Assembly: GCA_028534125.1 (NCBI GenBank)
Contig: CM052818.1
Span: 18,354,001-18,418,000 of the forward strand
Source of the DNA: Lama glama
Taxonomy: Eukaryota
DNA length: 64,000 bases
Direction of reading: 5' to 3'
Numbering within the stretch: the first letter of the stretch is position 1; every line of letters begins with the position of its first letter. Positions 48,501-63,270 of the stretch are shown here, piece by piece. The notes below the pieces were generated by a model. The model was not told the DNA's origin and made no database searches. It was given only the letters and a program-made list of their open reading frames with translations. A program made the position numbers and the translations under genes.

Positions 48501-51500
48501 CTAGCCCGCAGTGTTTGGAGCTGAAGCATATGGGGAAGCAAAGAAGCTCAGATAAGCCAGAGGGGGACCAAGATACCGAATTCATTTCTGGCTGTGAATT
48601 GAGGCAGGAAAAAAGAACAGCACAAAGGTCCAAAACATGGGAGGAACAATTAGGGAAGAAAGTGGAACCTAAAATTAGGGGAAAAAGTTAAATTACTATA
48701 GAGCAGCCTCTTTCCACCTTAGCCTCATCTTTGAGGAACACCTGTGTCAAACAAGATGCCTTTCCCTAGGTCTGGGACCCTTGGTGCCCAAGAGAACCAA
48801 CAGTTAACAATGTTACCCCCAGGTAAAAGCTAGAATGCTTGAAGATTCAAAAGAAATTCACTATTAGCCACAGAAATCACCCCAGCAGCAATCCCGTTTC
48901 AAGGCTACTGCCATAAACAGGACGAGACTGCAGAGGGAGAGCAGCAGCAGCATCTGCCTGCTCAGAGGAAGTTATCCCCAACTCCCAGCAGAACCGGAGA
49001 TTTTCCAGGCTGGCAAGGTCCCGGGCTCCCGTTTCTTTTATTCCAAAGCCATGGAGCATGGGCACGGTTGTCCTTGGGGTGCATTTGCACAGAAGGAGCC
49101 ACCCACTCACCTGAGGCACTGTTTTAAGATGGGGAAAGAGTGGGGAGAGAAATCAAGCCGTCCAGCACCAGATGCCATGAGAGCTGGGGAGCAGCGGGGA
49201 GAGAAGAGGGGTACGAGCTTGATAGAAGTGAAGAGGGTGAGGAGGAAAATCAGGGGGGGCGGGGAGCACCAGATGTGAGCAGCCAACACAAAACCAAATA
49301 CAGACGAATACTCTAGAAGACACTGAAGACCAGAGGCACCAGAACGGGGTGGGAGGGAAAGAGAATCAGTGAAGCGGTCAATAAATATCTACTGCGATCA
49401 CCAAGCAAAGGGCTATGCTGCAGAAACAAGGCAAGTCGTGCGGGCACTTGAGCCCCAGGTGCAAGTTCACGAGGGAAGAGGAGAGCTGTGGACAGGAAGT
49501 GCCAGATGGCACAACGGTTCTGGTGAAGAAGGGCACCTAGGCCAGTCCTGGGGAGGCAGGAAAGTCTTCCTTAAAAAATCACCATTATCAAGACCAAAAC
49601 CCAAAGAATGAGTGAACAGGAGCTAACCAGGGGAAGATAAGGAAGAATATTCTAGACAGCAGATGGCACATACAAAGGCCAAGGGCCAGAGTATGCATGG
49701 TACACGGCCATTCACCCCTGTTCACCTGGGATGACCCTGGTTTGTTCTTGTTGTCCAGGTGCAAATTTCAATAACTCAATATCAATAGACACAGAAAGTG
49801 GCTCCATTTTGGATGATAAGAGGTTTCTCTATCCTCTGGCAGGACTTAGAACAGGAAAAAAATGGAACCTGAAGAGACAAAGACTGTGGCCACCTTCCCC
49901 ACTTCCCACCCACCTGCTTTCTGCTGCACAAAGAATCTATGCCAAGTCCCCAGGGCCCGGCAATGGTGCCAGTGTGTTCTGGAAGGGCAGACCGGCAGAA
50001 TGACAAGCAGCAAACCAAATTAAGGGCAGGCCCTGCCAGTACTAGAAACAAATGGGAAAAGTAAGACCGCAGGGAGAGCCAAGTCCAAACTAAGTAGAGC
50101 AGCTAACCCTCCAATTCTGCCAGGAAAAGGTTTTAAAAAGCTCCCAGGCAAAACCAGAGAGAAACTTGACTACTATCAACCAGTTAGCACAGGATTCTGA
50201 CCCTTCATCAAAATTATTTGGAGCAAACTTAACAGGGGAATTTAATCTTAGAGAATCAGACCCAGACTCTCTCTCCTAACAAACACAGTGCAGGTGGAGA
50301 AGCCAGAGGAGAGCTGAAGTTCTACAATGTTCTGTTGCCATCACAACGGAAGAGACTATAACCGCTTTATTACTGGGGCAGGCAATTACGTGAGTGCTCC
50401 TGAAAACCTGAGCCCTTTAGCGAGTTGGAGTTGATGGAACAATAATGAAAGAAAGACAATTCTTTTATCACCAGAAAATAAGTGTTAGTTTTCAAACAAT
50501 ATTTGTGCATCTCAATACCTGGGTGATATTTTTCAGTGACCACCGTGGGGCTTAGGAAAAGAAGTTGTGACATTCTGTTCAAAGTGACTGAGACAGGGAC
50601 TTGCCCCCAGGTTCCAGGTAGGCAGAGCTAACCTGAAAAGACTGAGACAGGACACTTGTGCCTGGGACGGTCCTGGATCACCAGGTCCAGCTAATCCCAT
50701 TCCTCAGCATGATAGCAGCCTAGCCTTTAGCACTTTGGTTGGCCTTCTTCCTGAACCCTCTGTGGCATCTCCTGTCCTAGGTTCCTGGTGCCTACTTGTC
50801 CTTTTATTTTGGTTCTGTGGAGTTCCCAAGCTACTCCCAGAATCAACGGCAAAGTGAACAATATTATCCAGCACCGATGGCTGGTCCCACCATTTGCCAC
50901 TAGAATCCGCTGGCCTGTCTTGACCTGTCCTGCCTTCACATGCACTCACATTTCCATTAAGGGCCTAGGAGAGACTGGAGCAGTTGGGTGTCCTTTACAG
51001 AGAAATATTAATTAGCCAAAAATATTCCAAAAGGGAGAACTGTTCACTCCAGTTAATTTGATTCTCTAGTCAGTAGAGAATTCAAGGCCAAGCCAGAACT
51101 GCAGCGGGCTATGATTTAACGATGAGATGTGAGGGAGACCTTCAACACCTATTGTTTATGCCTGAAATCTATGGACTCTTAGAACATGAAAAGCTCAAAA
51201 ATAGTTTAGAAATCTAGTCTAGCCCTTTTATTTTTACAGACAAAGAAATGAAGGTCTAGGGAGATTGTTACCCAAATTCACATAATTCATTATGACAAAA
51301 GGATATTTGTTACAACAGCAATGCCAGACCTACCATGAGTGAGATATGGGTATATTTGCTAAAAATTTTAAGTAAATTATTAAAGGATAATTTTTAAGGT
51401 AAAAGCGTGACTCTTACATGATTAGAAGATATACCTGAGTGAGTATTTTTATTTAATTTATTTATTAATGAGGGAATCAGTAAGATATTGCAACAAGTTC

Positions 51501-54500
51501 AAAGGAGAATGAAGAGCAGACACATATACAGGCAACCAAAAAGGAAAATGATGCAAGTCCAAAGGCAATGAAAGACCCAAGTCCCAAGATGATCAGATGA
51601 TCCAGAATGGGGCACTGTACAACCCCTAGCAGTCCACTGAAGAGTCCCTGTAATTAGGTTTTGGTTTTTTTTCCATTTCAAAGTTGTTCTCATTTTTTCC
51701 TGGGAAGGTCTAACATTTCTACATTAACAAGGCTCCTGTGGTCCCTACTGGTGCCTGTCTGAGCCTTCTTTCTGCTAGCATTTGCCTGATTTATGTGCTA
51801 CACTGACCAATCCAAATGTAGGAAGAGCTGTCACTCGTCCTGGCAGAATTCACCAGCACCCCAAATATCCTGCAGTCCTACCAAGCTACCCAAAAAGAGC
51901 AGGGAAGAATCCCACCGTAAACTTTATGTATATTTTGCTAAGTAAGTCTCCAAGAGAGAATGCCTTTTTCCTCTAGTGGCATATGATGGTCTTGATGACA
52001 TCATTCACCCAGTCTTTATTTTTAGACCTGTGCTCCTCACATCCAGGTATCATTCCATGGGGACTGGACCAGAAGATGGCCTGAGTGTCTGTGGATAGCT
52101 ATATTCAAAATCAGCTGGGAGACTCTGACCCTGGCGGATAGGGCTCAATGTATCCCCTCGCCACCCCCACCTCCCAAGAAGTTCTTTTCCAGATGCTCCC
52201 TAGTGCCCCTTGCAAATAGACCATTTTCAAGTATAACCCACCAATCCCTGGTAATCATTTGAATCCTAAAGTAAGAACAGTTTCACGTCAAGCTCAGAGC
52301 ATTTTCCTTAGAAGCATCTTCCTAGAGAAGTGGTGCAATGCTTTGGAGAGCTCAGCCTTCGGCCTCAGAAAGACCAGTATTTTAATCTTATATCTGTTAC
52401 TATCTATAAAATCACATTAAAAACATCACTTTTCAGGGTTATCATGAGGATAAAAATGCAATAGTGCATATAAAACACTCAGCAAAGGTATCTGTTAATT
52501 TTCCAGTATGGTTACTACAGGCTGGAGGCTGCCCTGGCTTTGCTCCCATCAGTATCATTTGTCAGTTGCATTCTGCATCTCATCTCCATAAATGGCCTTA
52601 CATCGAACCTCCCAGGTGGTTCTCCCCTGCTCTAAACTCAATGTCTCCCACTCCACTTGCTGATGAATGTGTATACACAGTCCTGATGGTCTGCCCATTC
52701 TACCACATACCTGCACTGACACCTGCCCTCTGCAGTTAAGTGCCCATCAAAAGAAAGGTTGCCCCCATCCCTTTTACCCAAGGCCCCGGCATCCAGTCCC
52801 TGAGCCATTAAAATTGCCTTGGTTTTGAATGGAAGTTTGTCAAAATCCTCATAAAGAGCTCATATGCAATTCCATTATCAAGAGGCTTGCGTAGAAATGA
52901 CAACGATAATGAAAAATATTGACTAGAGCTGCAAAGCTCAATTTTTTAGCAGTCAAAATTATACCTTTTCATTCAATTGGGGCCCTAGAGAACAAAAAAT
53001 AAAGATAATTAAACAGATTTATGATGAAAAATTTACAGAAAACATCTTCCTGTTCAAAGTGATCAGAAGTGCAGACACTCAGAGAGAAACGCAGACATGC
53101 AGAAATGTGGGAGAGATGCTTCCCTGGGATATTCAAACTGTCACCTCTACCCCACAATAGCTTTTTCCTCCCCACTCCTCAGAGGCCACCTCTGAGTCAG
53201 GGTCACAGTAGCATGTGACATCTCTGACCTCCAGGAGAGACGAGGGAGCTCGGCAGCAACAAACAGACCCCACGGAAGCAGCTCCAGAAATTAACACCTG
53301 TACATGCACAGCACATCACTTACTGCTCTGTTCCAAACCCTCCAGGGGTTGGCTGTCACCTACTATATCAAGCCCTAACTGCTTCGCTTGGCACCCAAGG
53401 TCCTCTCCAGGTCTGCTTGCCCTAGCTGTGCTCCCCTGCTCCCCACCCACCACCCTTCTCCCAGCTGGACAATCAGTTCCTTCCCCACACCATGCCGCTT
53501 CCCAGCATTTCACGTTTGTTCACACTGTGTCCACCATCACCTTTTCCTGACCCTCAGTGATGCCTTGCTTCTCCCAACTCTTACTGTACTGGTATCTTTA
53601 TTTGTTTGAGGTTTGTTACCACCCTTTCTTTAATGAGACTGTGTATTCAAAAGCAGGGATGGGAATGTTTCTATTGCTGTATACCCCATAGTAGCTATCA
53701 CAAGACTGGATTCATAGTAAGTATTCAATAAAATGCCACTGAACAGTTAACTCTCTTCTGGGTAAACAGAGTTGAACATAAACGAATACAATTTATGGCA
53801 AAAGTGAAAGGAAAGCAAGAGAAAATAATTAACATTTGGTGAATACTGGCGAGGAGCTACACTGTGCTTCTCATGCTATCTCAGGAATTCTTTACAGTAA
53901 GTCTATGAAATTGTGCTACCCCATTCTACAGATTAAAAAAAGATTCCACGGAGGTTAAACAACTCTGCCAAGGGTAAGGCAATTTGTGAATGATAGAGAA
54001 TTCAAATTCAGGTCAGTCTGACTCCAAAGCATGTGCTCCTTCCAACGTTCCAAGAATTTCTGTACTCACCATCATTGTCACCATAGCCATCTTTGTCTGC
54101 AGTGGCATTGAGTCATTTGGCTACAGAGAGACTTTTAATGGGCACATACCATGTTTTTGCAGGCTACAGGCCTGCAGGTAGACAACAGAAGACACAAACC
54201 TATCCATGGCAAGACATTTTCCTTGACTCCTTTCCAGAAGGGTCCATCAGAGAGGCAAAGAGGGCCAGTTTCAACAGGCTCCCTCCCCATGTCAATTCTC
54301 CTCCCATCTTTGGCCAATTAACTAGGGTGAAGACCTGGGTCATCTGAATATACAAATAACTACAAGGCAACACAAGGAAAAGGAAATTAGGGAAATTCCT
54401 TGCTCTATTACCTCCTAGCAGTGCATCCCTGGGTAAATCTAGTAACTTTACTTCCCTGAGTTTTAGTTGCCTCATCAGTAACTTAGGATCCCTTGAGGCT

Positions 54501-57500
54501 CCACAAGATGGTACAACACTAAGTGCTACATAAATGTTGAAAATTAAGATCCTAAATTCACACATTGAAGAGTAGATTCAATCTTATCTCTTTGGGAGAA
54601 GATATCTAACCAAATAATCAAAGTGATTTTTTTAAAGAATGATAATTTTTAAAGGATAAAATCATAACTCTTGCACAGCTATAAACTACAAAATGAACAC
54701 ATGTCATACATTTTATTTAATTCATTAAGTAATCATGGAAGTAGTACCATGTTACAATCAATTCAAAGGAGAACTCAAAGAACACACAAATATAGACAAT
54801 CAAGAATGCTGAAATAAAGTCACAGAGAGATGTGGTCAATATACCCATGGAAATAATCAACTGCATTCCAAGGGACAAATTTTATTTGCATTTCTATAGA
54901 CAAGAACCATTTGTGTTGGATTTAAAATTCTGAGATTTACAGAGATTAAAAGACAGCTCAAAGACAATGGGGGTAGATGGCCATAAAAATCAGATAATCC
55001 AGACAGGTGTGCTAGACCACACTTAGAATTGCACAGGATACCCAGTATTTTTTTTCTCCCTATTCTCCCCTAATTAACAGGTATCCCATCTTTCCAAGCC
55101 CTTTCCTATGAGGGAAGCAAGAAAACAGTGACAGAGTCAATGATGAAGAAAAGAAAAGTCATCTGAACAGTCAGAGCTTCATAAGCCTGACTTACAGGAC
55201 ACCATCTCCTATCCAGTGAACTGACCTTCGCCTGCCCCTTGCCCACCCTGGGCAAGGGCTCTTGAGCCTTTTTGCACACCTTCACCCAGCATACCCTCCA
55301 AAGCAGGTACTCAGGAATGGCTTAGGATAAATCCCTGCTCCTGAATAAATCAATGTTGCCCAGGAAACAGGACCATTAACCTTACCTGAGTGCATGTGAG
55401 ACTAGAGGTTCTCAGGCCATGCCTCTGACCTCCTGAACTGACTCTGCTTTTATAACATGATCCCCATGTGATTTGTATGAAACCAGAAGTCTGAGAAGTA
55501 GTGGTTTAAATAAAATCTTAGCTCTACCCCTAATTAACTGTGTCACCTTGAGCAAATCAGTTTACTTGGCCTCAGTTATCACAACTTTAAGTTGGGTCAC
55601 TGGTCTCAGAGGTCTCTCCTGATCTCTGAGTCTATCTTACAAAGGTTTTTTCTCTGACGTCCAGCTCCAAAGCTAACAACATGCCACCAACTTCTGGAGC
55701 TGGGGTCATGCAGAGATTCAGCCAAGTCTTGCTTACATTTTTCTCTTCTGTCCTTCTCCGGAGAAGATACACTCACACAATGACCTTGATGACATTACCT
55801 CTCTTTCTGGAGGACCAGTCAGGTGCCAGGATCTCCTACCAAATGAGCAGGAATAATGTGCCAGGATTTCTTACCAAATGAGGAAGAAATCTCACCATCT
55901 GCTTCCAAGTCAGGATTTTCCACAGTCCTCCCCCCACCCCGATGGAGTGCATTGCTTTTAAAGTCCCAAAATAATCAACTCTGACAAGAAAGATTCAGAT
56001 ATGCTTTTCAAATCAGAAAAACACACACAACACACACACATTTCCTGACAACCTGATAAAATGAGAAAGCGAATTATCAGCTTGTTATTTTTAACTTATT
56101 TGTTTTCTTCAGGCAAGCCTGCTGGTTCTGCAGGGGCCCTCTAACCCCAGTGCAGCGCGTACAGTGTAAAGCTTTACAAAACCCTGCCCTTGCCATGACA
56201 ACATAGAGTTCCCTCCACAGTGAGCCAGAGCTACGTGCAGACTGTGTTTGGGGGATGTGGAGGGGTGATGGGGTCTAACTGTATAAGGAGACTGAATGCA
56301 AACAGTGCTATCACATGTAGATGAAGTGTTTTCCCCCATTGTTCCTCATTACATTTGCATTACTAGTCTCCCCTGAATGGGTTCCCAACTGAACTCAGTG
56401 TCCACTTGAAATTTCTGCAGAGCACAAAAATTCTGGTTCCAATGGGCTCCACAGCAACATTCTAGCATCACTGGTCCAGTCAAGAGGAACCAGCAGCCAT
56501 TTCTCATATCTGTCCGTCCACTTCCCCCTGCGTCCCTGAACACCAGAACCCTCCTGCTGCCATATTGGTCCTCTCTCTCTCCCCAGATCATTCAATGGTT
56601 TGATGAGAATTTGTAGTACACTTACTCCCTGCCAAGTCTTGTCCTTACAGCTCAAGCTTTGGTAGTAAACAAGACAGACCTAGATCTACATCTCTCTAAA
56701 AGCTCAGAGTTCGGTGGGAACACACAGATCTTGTAATGACAGAGACACAAGTCACTTCAGCGTGTAATGTCAGCCTGTGACAGTGGGGCCTGATCTGGTC
56801 CTGACATGGAAGAAGGCTTCTGTGGTGGATTAATTTCTTGAACAAAGTACTTTCCTCCATATCCCACAATGTCTTGTGTCTGATTCTCCCCTCTACAGAC
56901 AGAGGCATTCAATACTTTAAAAAAGGAATAGAATTTTTATACCAAGAATACAAAGAGTAGTCTAGTATCAGTTTTTGGGTTTTAAAACAGATTTTTAAAG
57001 CCACTGTCAGAGCAAACTGGCTTAAAATCCAACCCTTTCATTGGTAACTGCTTGGGCTTCTTGAGAAAAAGATTTTTTGAGTTCTAAAACTTAGACTTTA
57101 GTATCAACAATGAAACCTTAAAGGAGTCAGAATAGCAGATTATTCCATGACAGTTCTTCAAAATGAAGATAATTAAAGAGTCAATTTATATATTTGCTCA
57201 TACCCCAGGGGTTAGGTGTAAAGGAGAAAGTCAGCATGCTTGTGGATGTCTTGTGACCACAAAAAGCTGCAGGTTGGCAGAGGTTAGGTAGTGGATCATC
57301 CTGCCATGGATGCTATGAGGACATGATTAGTTCTGTCTTGATACTGACCGTCCCCCTTGGTCAAGCAAGTTGGCACACCTTAACAGAAGCCAGAGGTATA
57401 GACACCATGACCAGTGATGAATCAAAAAGTTGGTGCCAAAACAGATACGACATGGTTAGAGACCAACGACTTGATGCCTTGACAACTTGCAAGCACCCCT

Positions 57501-58811
57501 ACAAATTAGATGCAGCCCCATGGAGACCCAGTCAGAGGGAAAATATCTGAAGTAACTAAGCTTAATTCTGGAATTAGAGAAAATCTTGAAAGTGATTGAG
57601 TTTAATGGATTAACAAGATTGCCACTTTTTCTGCCACTAGACAAAAAGGGCTTTAGCCTAAAATAGTTGAGATAAAGAAAGATAAAGACACTTCCATTTG
57701 TTGCACACCTGAGTTTTGTGAGTTAAATATACATCACTTCCCTGAAAAAACAATTTAAATGGGGACCTAATTGTCCCAGGTAAGTTTTGGCCAGCTGGTC
57801 ACACATTCCAAGAGGGAACAGCTCATTTGACACCATGCCCAGGAATCAATACAGGATTTGATCAGCTTAAGGAATTAAAGGTCAGCAAGTTCCTGGAAGA
57901 GGGTGAAGATGTGTCTTGACAGAGAAAAGACTAAAAAGATTAGACTTCATCCACAGACCAAGCAGTGGAGAGGCACTAAAGGATTATAAACAAGATAATT
58001 ACACCATCAGATTTATGTTTTCACAAGATCATTCTCTGCTGCCACCAACCCCTCTTCACCCACATCCTCACACACATTCATCTGGCCCGAAGACTCTTCT
58101 AATACACTGCCCCACATTCCAGAACAGCTTCTTCTCTACTAGCTGGTGGGCTTTTTTTCTCCCCATCCCTACAGAGTATTCCCTGTCCCCTGGTCTTTAC
58201 AACATCCCAGTGAGGTTACTTTTTGAGAGGTTGAGATGAGAGCGCCAGGTCTTATTATGATATTATGGTTAAGGACCAAGGAATGACTTAATCTTGCCTT
58301 GTTTATTAATTATCCCTATACCCTCCCAGCAAAGTTCTAGGGAGGTATTCACAAAGAACCAATGCAGAATGAAAGATGTAGTACCATTTTATTCCCAGCT
58401 GCACTAGCACACCTTACAGTACAGCTGTGATTAAAAGCTAAGTTGGATCAAGTTTCAAACTGAGAGTAGAGCCTCCTCCTTACTCCCTCTCTCCCAATTC
58501 TAAACAATGCAGCAAAGATGCTTAAAAATGACAACTGAGAATAAAATTAATAGTCAAGCCCATAAAAGAAAAGGTGAAGACTGGATTCTGACCTTTTTAG
58601 GTACAATGATCCCCCTCCCCCACTTTGAAGGCTCATCAAAGACCTCAGGTCTGACCAATCACCAAAGCAGAAGGGGGCTGTACTTAAAAGTTCAGGCCTG
58701 ACAAAGGGAGAAAGGCATTAAGTCCCCATCCCTCACGTTTACTGCCATAATTTTAGTTGTACCTTAATCCACAGTATTGACCATCAAGTTTTATATCCAT
58801 CAGGAAATGGC

Positions 58812-59872
58812 TGTGTTAGGGAGGGAGAAATTCCTCCCTCTATGCCTCTTGACTTCTTGTGGTTGGACTAATAATAAAATAGACACAAGACAGAATAACA
58901 AGAGAAAAAGAAATTTTTAATTCATGGGCACAGAGGTTTCACAGAAACGGGACCTAAGAAGTAGCGAAAGCAGGAAGCTTTTATACTTTTTTAGACAAAT
59001 GTCTAGGTAGAAGAAATTTTCCTCTACCTTCTAAATCCTTCTGGCAGATCTAAGAATAAAACTGACATAAAACGGATTAATAGGAAAAAATCGAAGAGAT
59101 GTTGAACAACAGGAAAACTGAATAACTCACCAAAATGCCAAAGTCTTCACCTTAAATACCATCTTCTGCTGAAGACAAAAGAGGATATTGGGGGTAGTGG
59201 TTTGGGACCTCCAAGTGGAGGAAGGCAATTGACATGGAAAAGGAAAAGCCAATATTTGATTTAAAAAAAAAAAAAAGTTTGCTGGGCAAACAATGGGACA
59301 CAGAGTGGACCCTAGGCCCTGCTGAGATTCCCTATCACCACCACACTTGGCCCATATTCTTTGCAGACATCTCTGGTGAGAGCTGTATTCCAGGAGCAAG
59401 CCTTCTATCTAAATTCTTTTAGGCAGTCAGGGGGAAGGTCAAAATTTCTTCCTGACTCTTACGGGACTTGATAGTTTTCAGTTCAAAATCATTTGCATGT
59501 CAAAGAGTCACATCTTGGGGTAGTAAGTTTTGTTCCCTGCACTAAGAAACTAAGGCTTTGGGTGCTTAATTAGTAAGGAATTTTTAAAAGTTTGTGTTTG
59601 GCATAGTAAGTTAAAGAAGTAACAAGATTTCTTTATATAGGTTTCTTCCCCCCAAATTCCCTATCTCTGAAGATAAGGATGTCCTTCTGCCTCCTGGTAC
59701 AGGAAGGGTACCTTTCACATGGGAGACTTATTTCCTACTTTCAGGGAGACAGAGACACTTTTAGGTCAAAGTGTTTCTCTTGCATTGGCCATTTCTTAAG
59801 TAAATTTAATTCAAAATAATCAATATGCCTTTGAGACTCCTGGGTTCCTGCCCTGGGCTCCACCAGTTGTCA
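58812..59872 (-). mobile_element. Nested or tandem ERV1-class LTR remnants
   Basis: Two related starts (agaaattcctccctcta ~58826; agaaattttcctcta ~59012) and two related ends (ttcagttcaaaatcatttgcatgtcaaa ~59480; ttaattcaaaataatcaatatgcc ~59810). Confidence 0.6.
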
Positions 59873-59934
59873 CCCTAGGGGGAAGAGTCAGAAAATTCTC
59901 AGGGAGTTTTTGTTCAAAGGACTGCTGTGAGAAT

Positions 59935-60376
59935 TGTTAAAGAGGAAAACCACAGGCCTAAAGTGGTGTCAGTTGTGCTAAAAGCTCACAACACTAAACC
60001 TAGATTTAGTACCTAATCTTCCCCAGAAATGTAAACGTCATCAACCAGTTTGGAATTTTCTGGTCAGCACCAATCAATTAATCTGCCCCGTGGGCCCTCT
60101 CCATCTCCCAGAGGAAGAAGAGGCAATCTACATGATAAAACCTGTACAATCCCCTTCCCCCAGGAAAAGATGTCCTGGACTGAAGAAGAATCCTTTCTTT
60201 CTATTGTGAATAGTTCCCATGCCCTGTCATTCTTCCTATAAAAACCTTCCATTTCATACAGTCAACCCCTCGGAGGGCACTTGTAGCTGGTAGATGGGTT
60301 CTTGTCTGATTCATGAATCACTGACTAAAGTCAATTAGATCTTCAAATCTACTCTGTGAAATTTTGTATTTTAACA
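59935..60376 (+). mobile_element. Complete ERV1-class solo LTR, 442 bp
   Basis: TGTTAA...TTAACA termini, 4-bp TSD GAAT (59931-59934, 60377-60380), CCAAT 60070-60074, TATAAAA 60237-60243. Confidence 0.9.
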
Positions 60377-61734
60377 GAATCAAATGAAAAGAATGGCGAA
60401 CAGTCAGCTCAGTTAAAACATGTCCTGAGTGCATTGTCTTGCCCATGCAAATCTGGAAGAGGACTGAAGGGGCAGGCCTGAAGGGATTCACAGCTGTCCC
60501 TGCAAATTCAAGCAGAAAGAAAAGCTCCCAGACGACACTGGATTGTGGGGAGGAGGCTTTTCAGGGCCTCTCAATATCATATCCCAGAGATTACTGTCTC
60601 TTCATCTTCTTATGATTTTATAAGAAAAGTTGATTCAAGGAGAAAAAAAATTTTTTTTAATATTTTCTTTATCATGTGCTACCAACTAAGCAAGACCAAA
60701 GTCTAAACTTTTATTTCCCAATTTCTCCCCAAAGGACTAACTCAAACACTGATCTGCGGCCTGTCTTCCACCATGTGACAATAAAAAGATAAACATACTT
60801 TTTTTTTCCCTAAAGGCAGACACTAGAGGCCTGATTGTTATATATTAAAATTTTTAAAATAAGGACTATGCAATAACTTAAATGCCAGCAGAAGTAGGGG
60901 ACAGGAGTGCCACACTAAGGGATGTTCCCAGTCACTGCCAGACATCATCTTTCCCTGGGTCTCCTACAGGGAAACCTTGAAATTACGTCAATGTGATGAC
61001 AAAGAATCAAGATTTCCCTCTTATTTTCCAAAAAATAGACACAAAGTTATCCCTAAGTGGCAAGAACAACAACAAAAAGACAAGCCCATGTTCAACAACT
61101 GGTCGACAGTTAAGACCTCAGATTCCCTACCTTCACTCCTACCCAAAAAACAGAAGAGCTTTAAATAGAAGTTATATTGAGGGGCCGTGTAGGAAGGGAC
61201 AGGAGAAAAAAAGATTCTGGAAAGGAAGATTCAGCTACAGCTTCCCAAAAGTATGAGACAACATGTACTTCTTGGAGGTGAGGGGTACACAGTGAGGGGC
61301 ACACACTGTGATGTTAGTAATAGGAAGGACAGGGATATAAAACTGGAGGTGTACCAGTGCGATCCTAGGAACAGAGGAAACGGGGATAAATGTCCTGTTT
61401 TCAGTCTGTCTACTGTATCAGAGAAGAGAGTCACACATTAAAAATAATAGTAACCAAATAGTAAATAAAGAGCAACTAAGCTGACTGTCTTCATTGGGTG
61501 AAGAGAAGTGAAGTATAAATAAACTCACACACAAAACCCTCGATCACCAAAAGAAAAACCAACCCAAAACAAAACAAAACCTAATTTAAACTAAAAATAC
61601 TTATCTAAATAGCCTTGACTCCTCCCTTATACATTTAGTAGACCAAAAATAACTTGCCTTTTTTAAAGCTGAGTAATTTTTTAAAAGCATAGGATTTATA
61701 CAAAGATAAGAATAAAAAAGTTTTGAAAATCAAG

Positions 61735-62370
61735 AAAAGCAACAAATGGGACCTAATTAAACTTAAAAGCTTTTGCACAGCAAAGGAAACTATCAACAAA
61801 ATGAAAAAGACAACCCACTGAATGGGAGAAAATATTTGCAAATGGTATCACTGATAAAGGGTTAATATCCAAAATATATAAACAGTTCATACAAATCAAT
61901 ATGAAAAAAAAACAGTAAAAAGGGGGTAGAAGACCTATTTATAGACATTTTTCCAAAGAAGACACATATGGCCAATAGGCAGGTGGGAAAATGGGCAATA
62001 TAGCTAATTATTAGAGAAATGCAAATCAAAACCACAATGAGATATCACCTCACATCTCTCAAAATGATTATCATCAAAAAGTCTACAAACAACAAATGTT
62101 GGTGAGGATGTGAAGAAAAGGGAACCCTAGTACACTGTTGGTAGAAATGTAAATTACTGCAGCCACAATGGAAAATAATATGGAGGCTCCTCAAAAAACC
62201 AAAAATAGAACTACCAGATGATTCAGCAGTTCTACTCCTGGGTATATATCCACTGAAAATGAAAACACAAGTTCAGAAAGATACATACATCCCACTGTTC
62301 AGAGCAGCATTATTTCTAATAGCTAGAAGCAACTTAAGTGTCCATCAACAGATGAATGAATAAAGAGGAT

Positions 62371-62406
<36 letters not shown>

Positions 62407-62858
62407 ATGCCTGAATATATATATATACACATACATACACACACATACACGAATACTACTCAGTCATGAAAAAAGAATGAAATCCTGCCATTTGCAACAA
62501 TGTGAATAGACCTATAGAGCATTATGCAAAGTGAAGTAAGTCAGAGAAGGACAAATACTCTTACCACTTATACATGGAATCTAAAAAACAAAACAAATGA
62601 ACATATATACAAAACAGAGGCAGACTCACAGATACAGAGAGTAAACTAATGGTTACCAGTGGGGAGTAGGGGCAAGATAGAGATTAATAAGAGATACAAA
62701 CTACTATGTATAAGATAAATAAGCAACAAGGATATATAACCATTATTTTGTAATAACTTTAAATAGAGTATAATCTATAAAAATATTGACTCACTATGTT
62801 GTTTACCTGAACCTAGTATAATACTGTAAGTCAATTATACTTCAATTTAAAAAAAATT
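61735..62858 (+). mobile_element. L1 3' portion (degraded ORF2 C-terminus + 3'UTR), with internal (TG)15 at 62373-62402
   Basis: aaatgggacctaattaaacttaaaagcttttgcacagcaaaggaaac...atgcaaatcaaaaccacaatgagatatcacctcaca...tatacttcaattt + A tail. Confidence 0.92.
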
Positions 62859-62869
62859 TAAAGATTGTA

Positions 62870-63270
62870 CAGGAACATTATTATTCATAATAACCAACCA
62901 ATGGATAAGTTTTGATGTATTCACACAACATAATATCATAAAGAAATCAAAATTAGTGAATTACTGCTACATGCAAAAATATATGAATCTCATACCTGAA
63001 CCTTTCTTAAAGTAGCCAATTACAAAGTATCATACTATATGATTCCATCTATATAAAGCATAAAAACAAGCAAAACTAATTTAAATTGTATATTAGAAGT
63101 CAGAATAGCGGTTGCTTTGAGGAACTTGAGAGAGGAGTGGTCAAGGGCAAGGAAAGATGCTCATGGGGTACTGGTTACGTGAGTGCTCACTTTCAATAAC
63201 TTAACTGAGCTACAAGCTTTTGATGTGTGCATTTTTCAATAGATTTTTTATACTTCAATTTTTAAAGCTG
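62870..63270 (+). mobile_element. Old L1ME-type 3' fragment
   Basis: catactatatgattccatctatataaag, ttagaagtcagaatagcggttg. Confidence 0.7.

Noticed and set aside
61635..61841. Hydrophobic minus-strand ORF (similarly 38635-38946)
   Set aside because: Antisense translation of L1 sequence.
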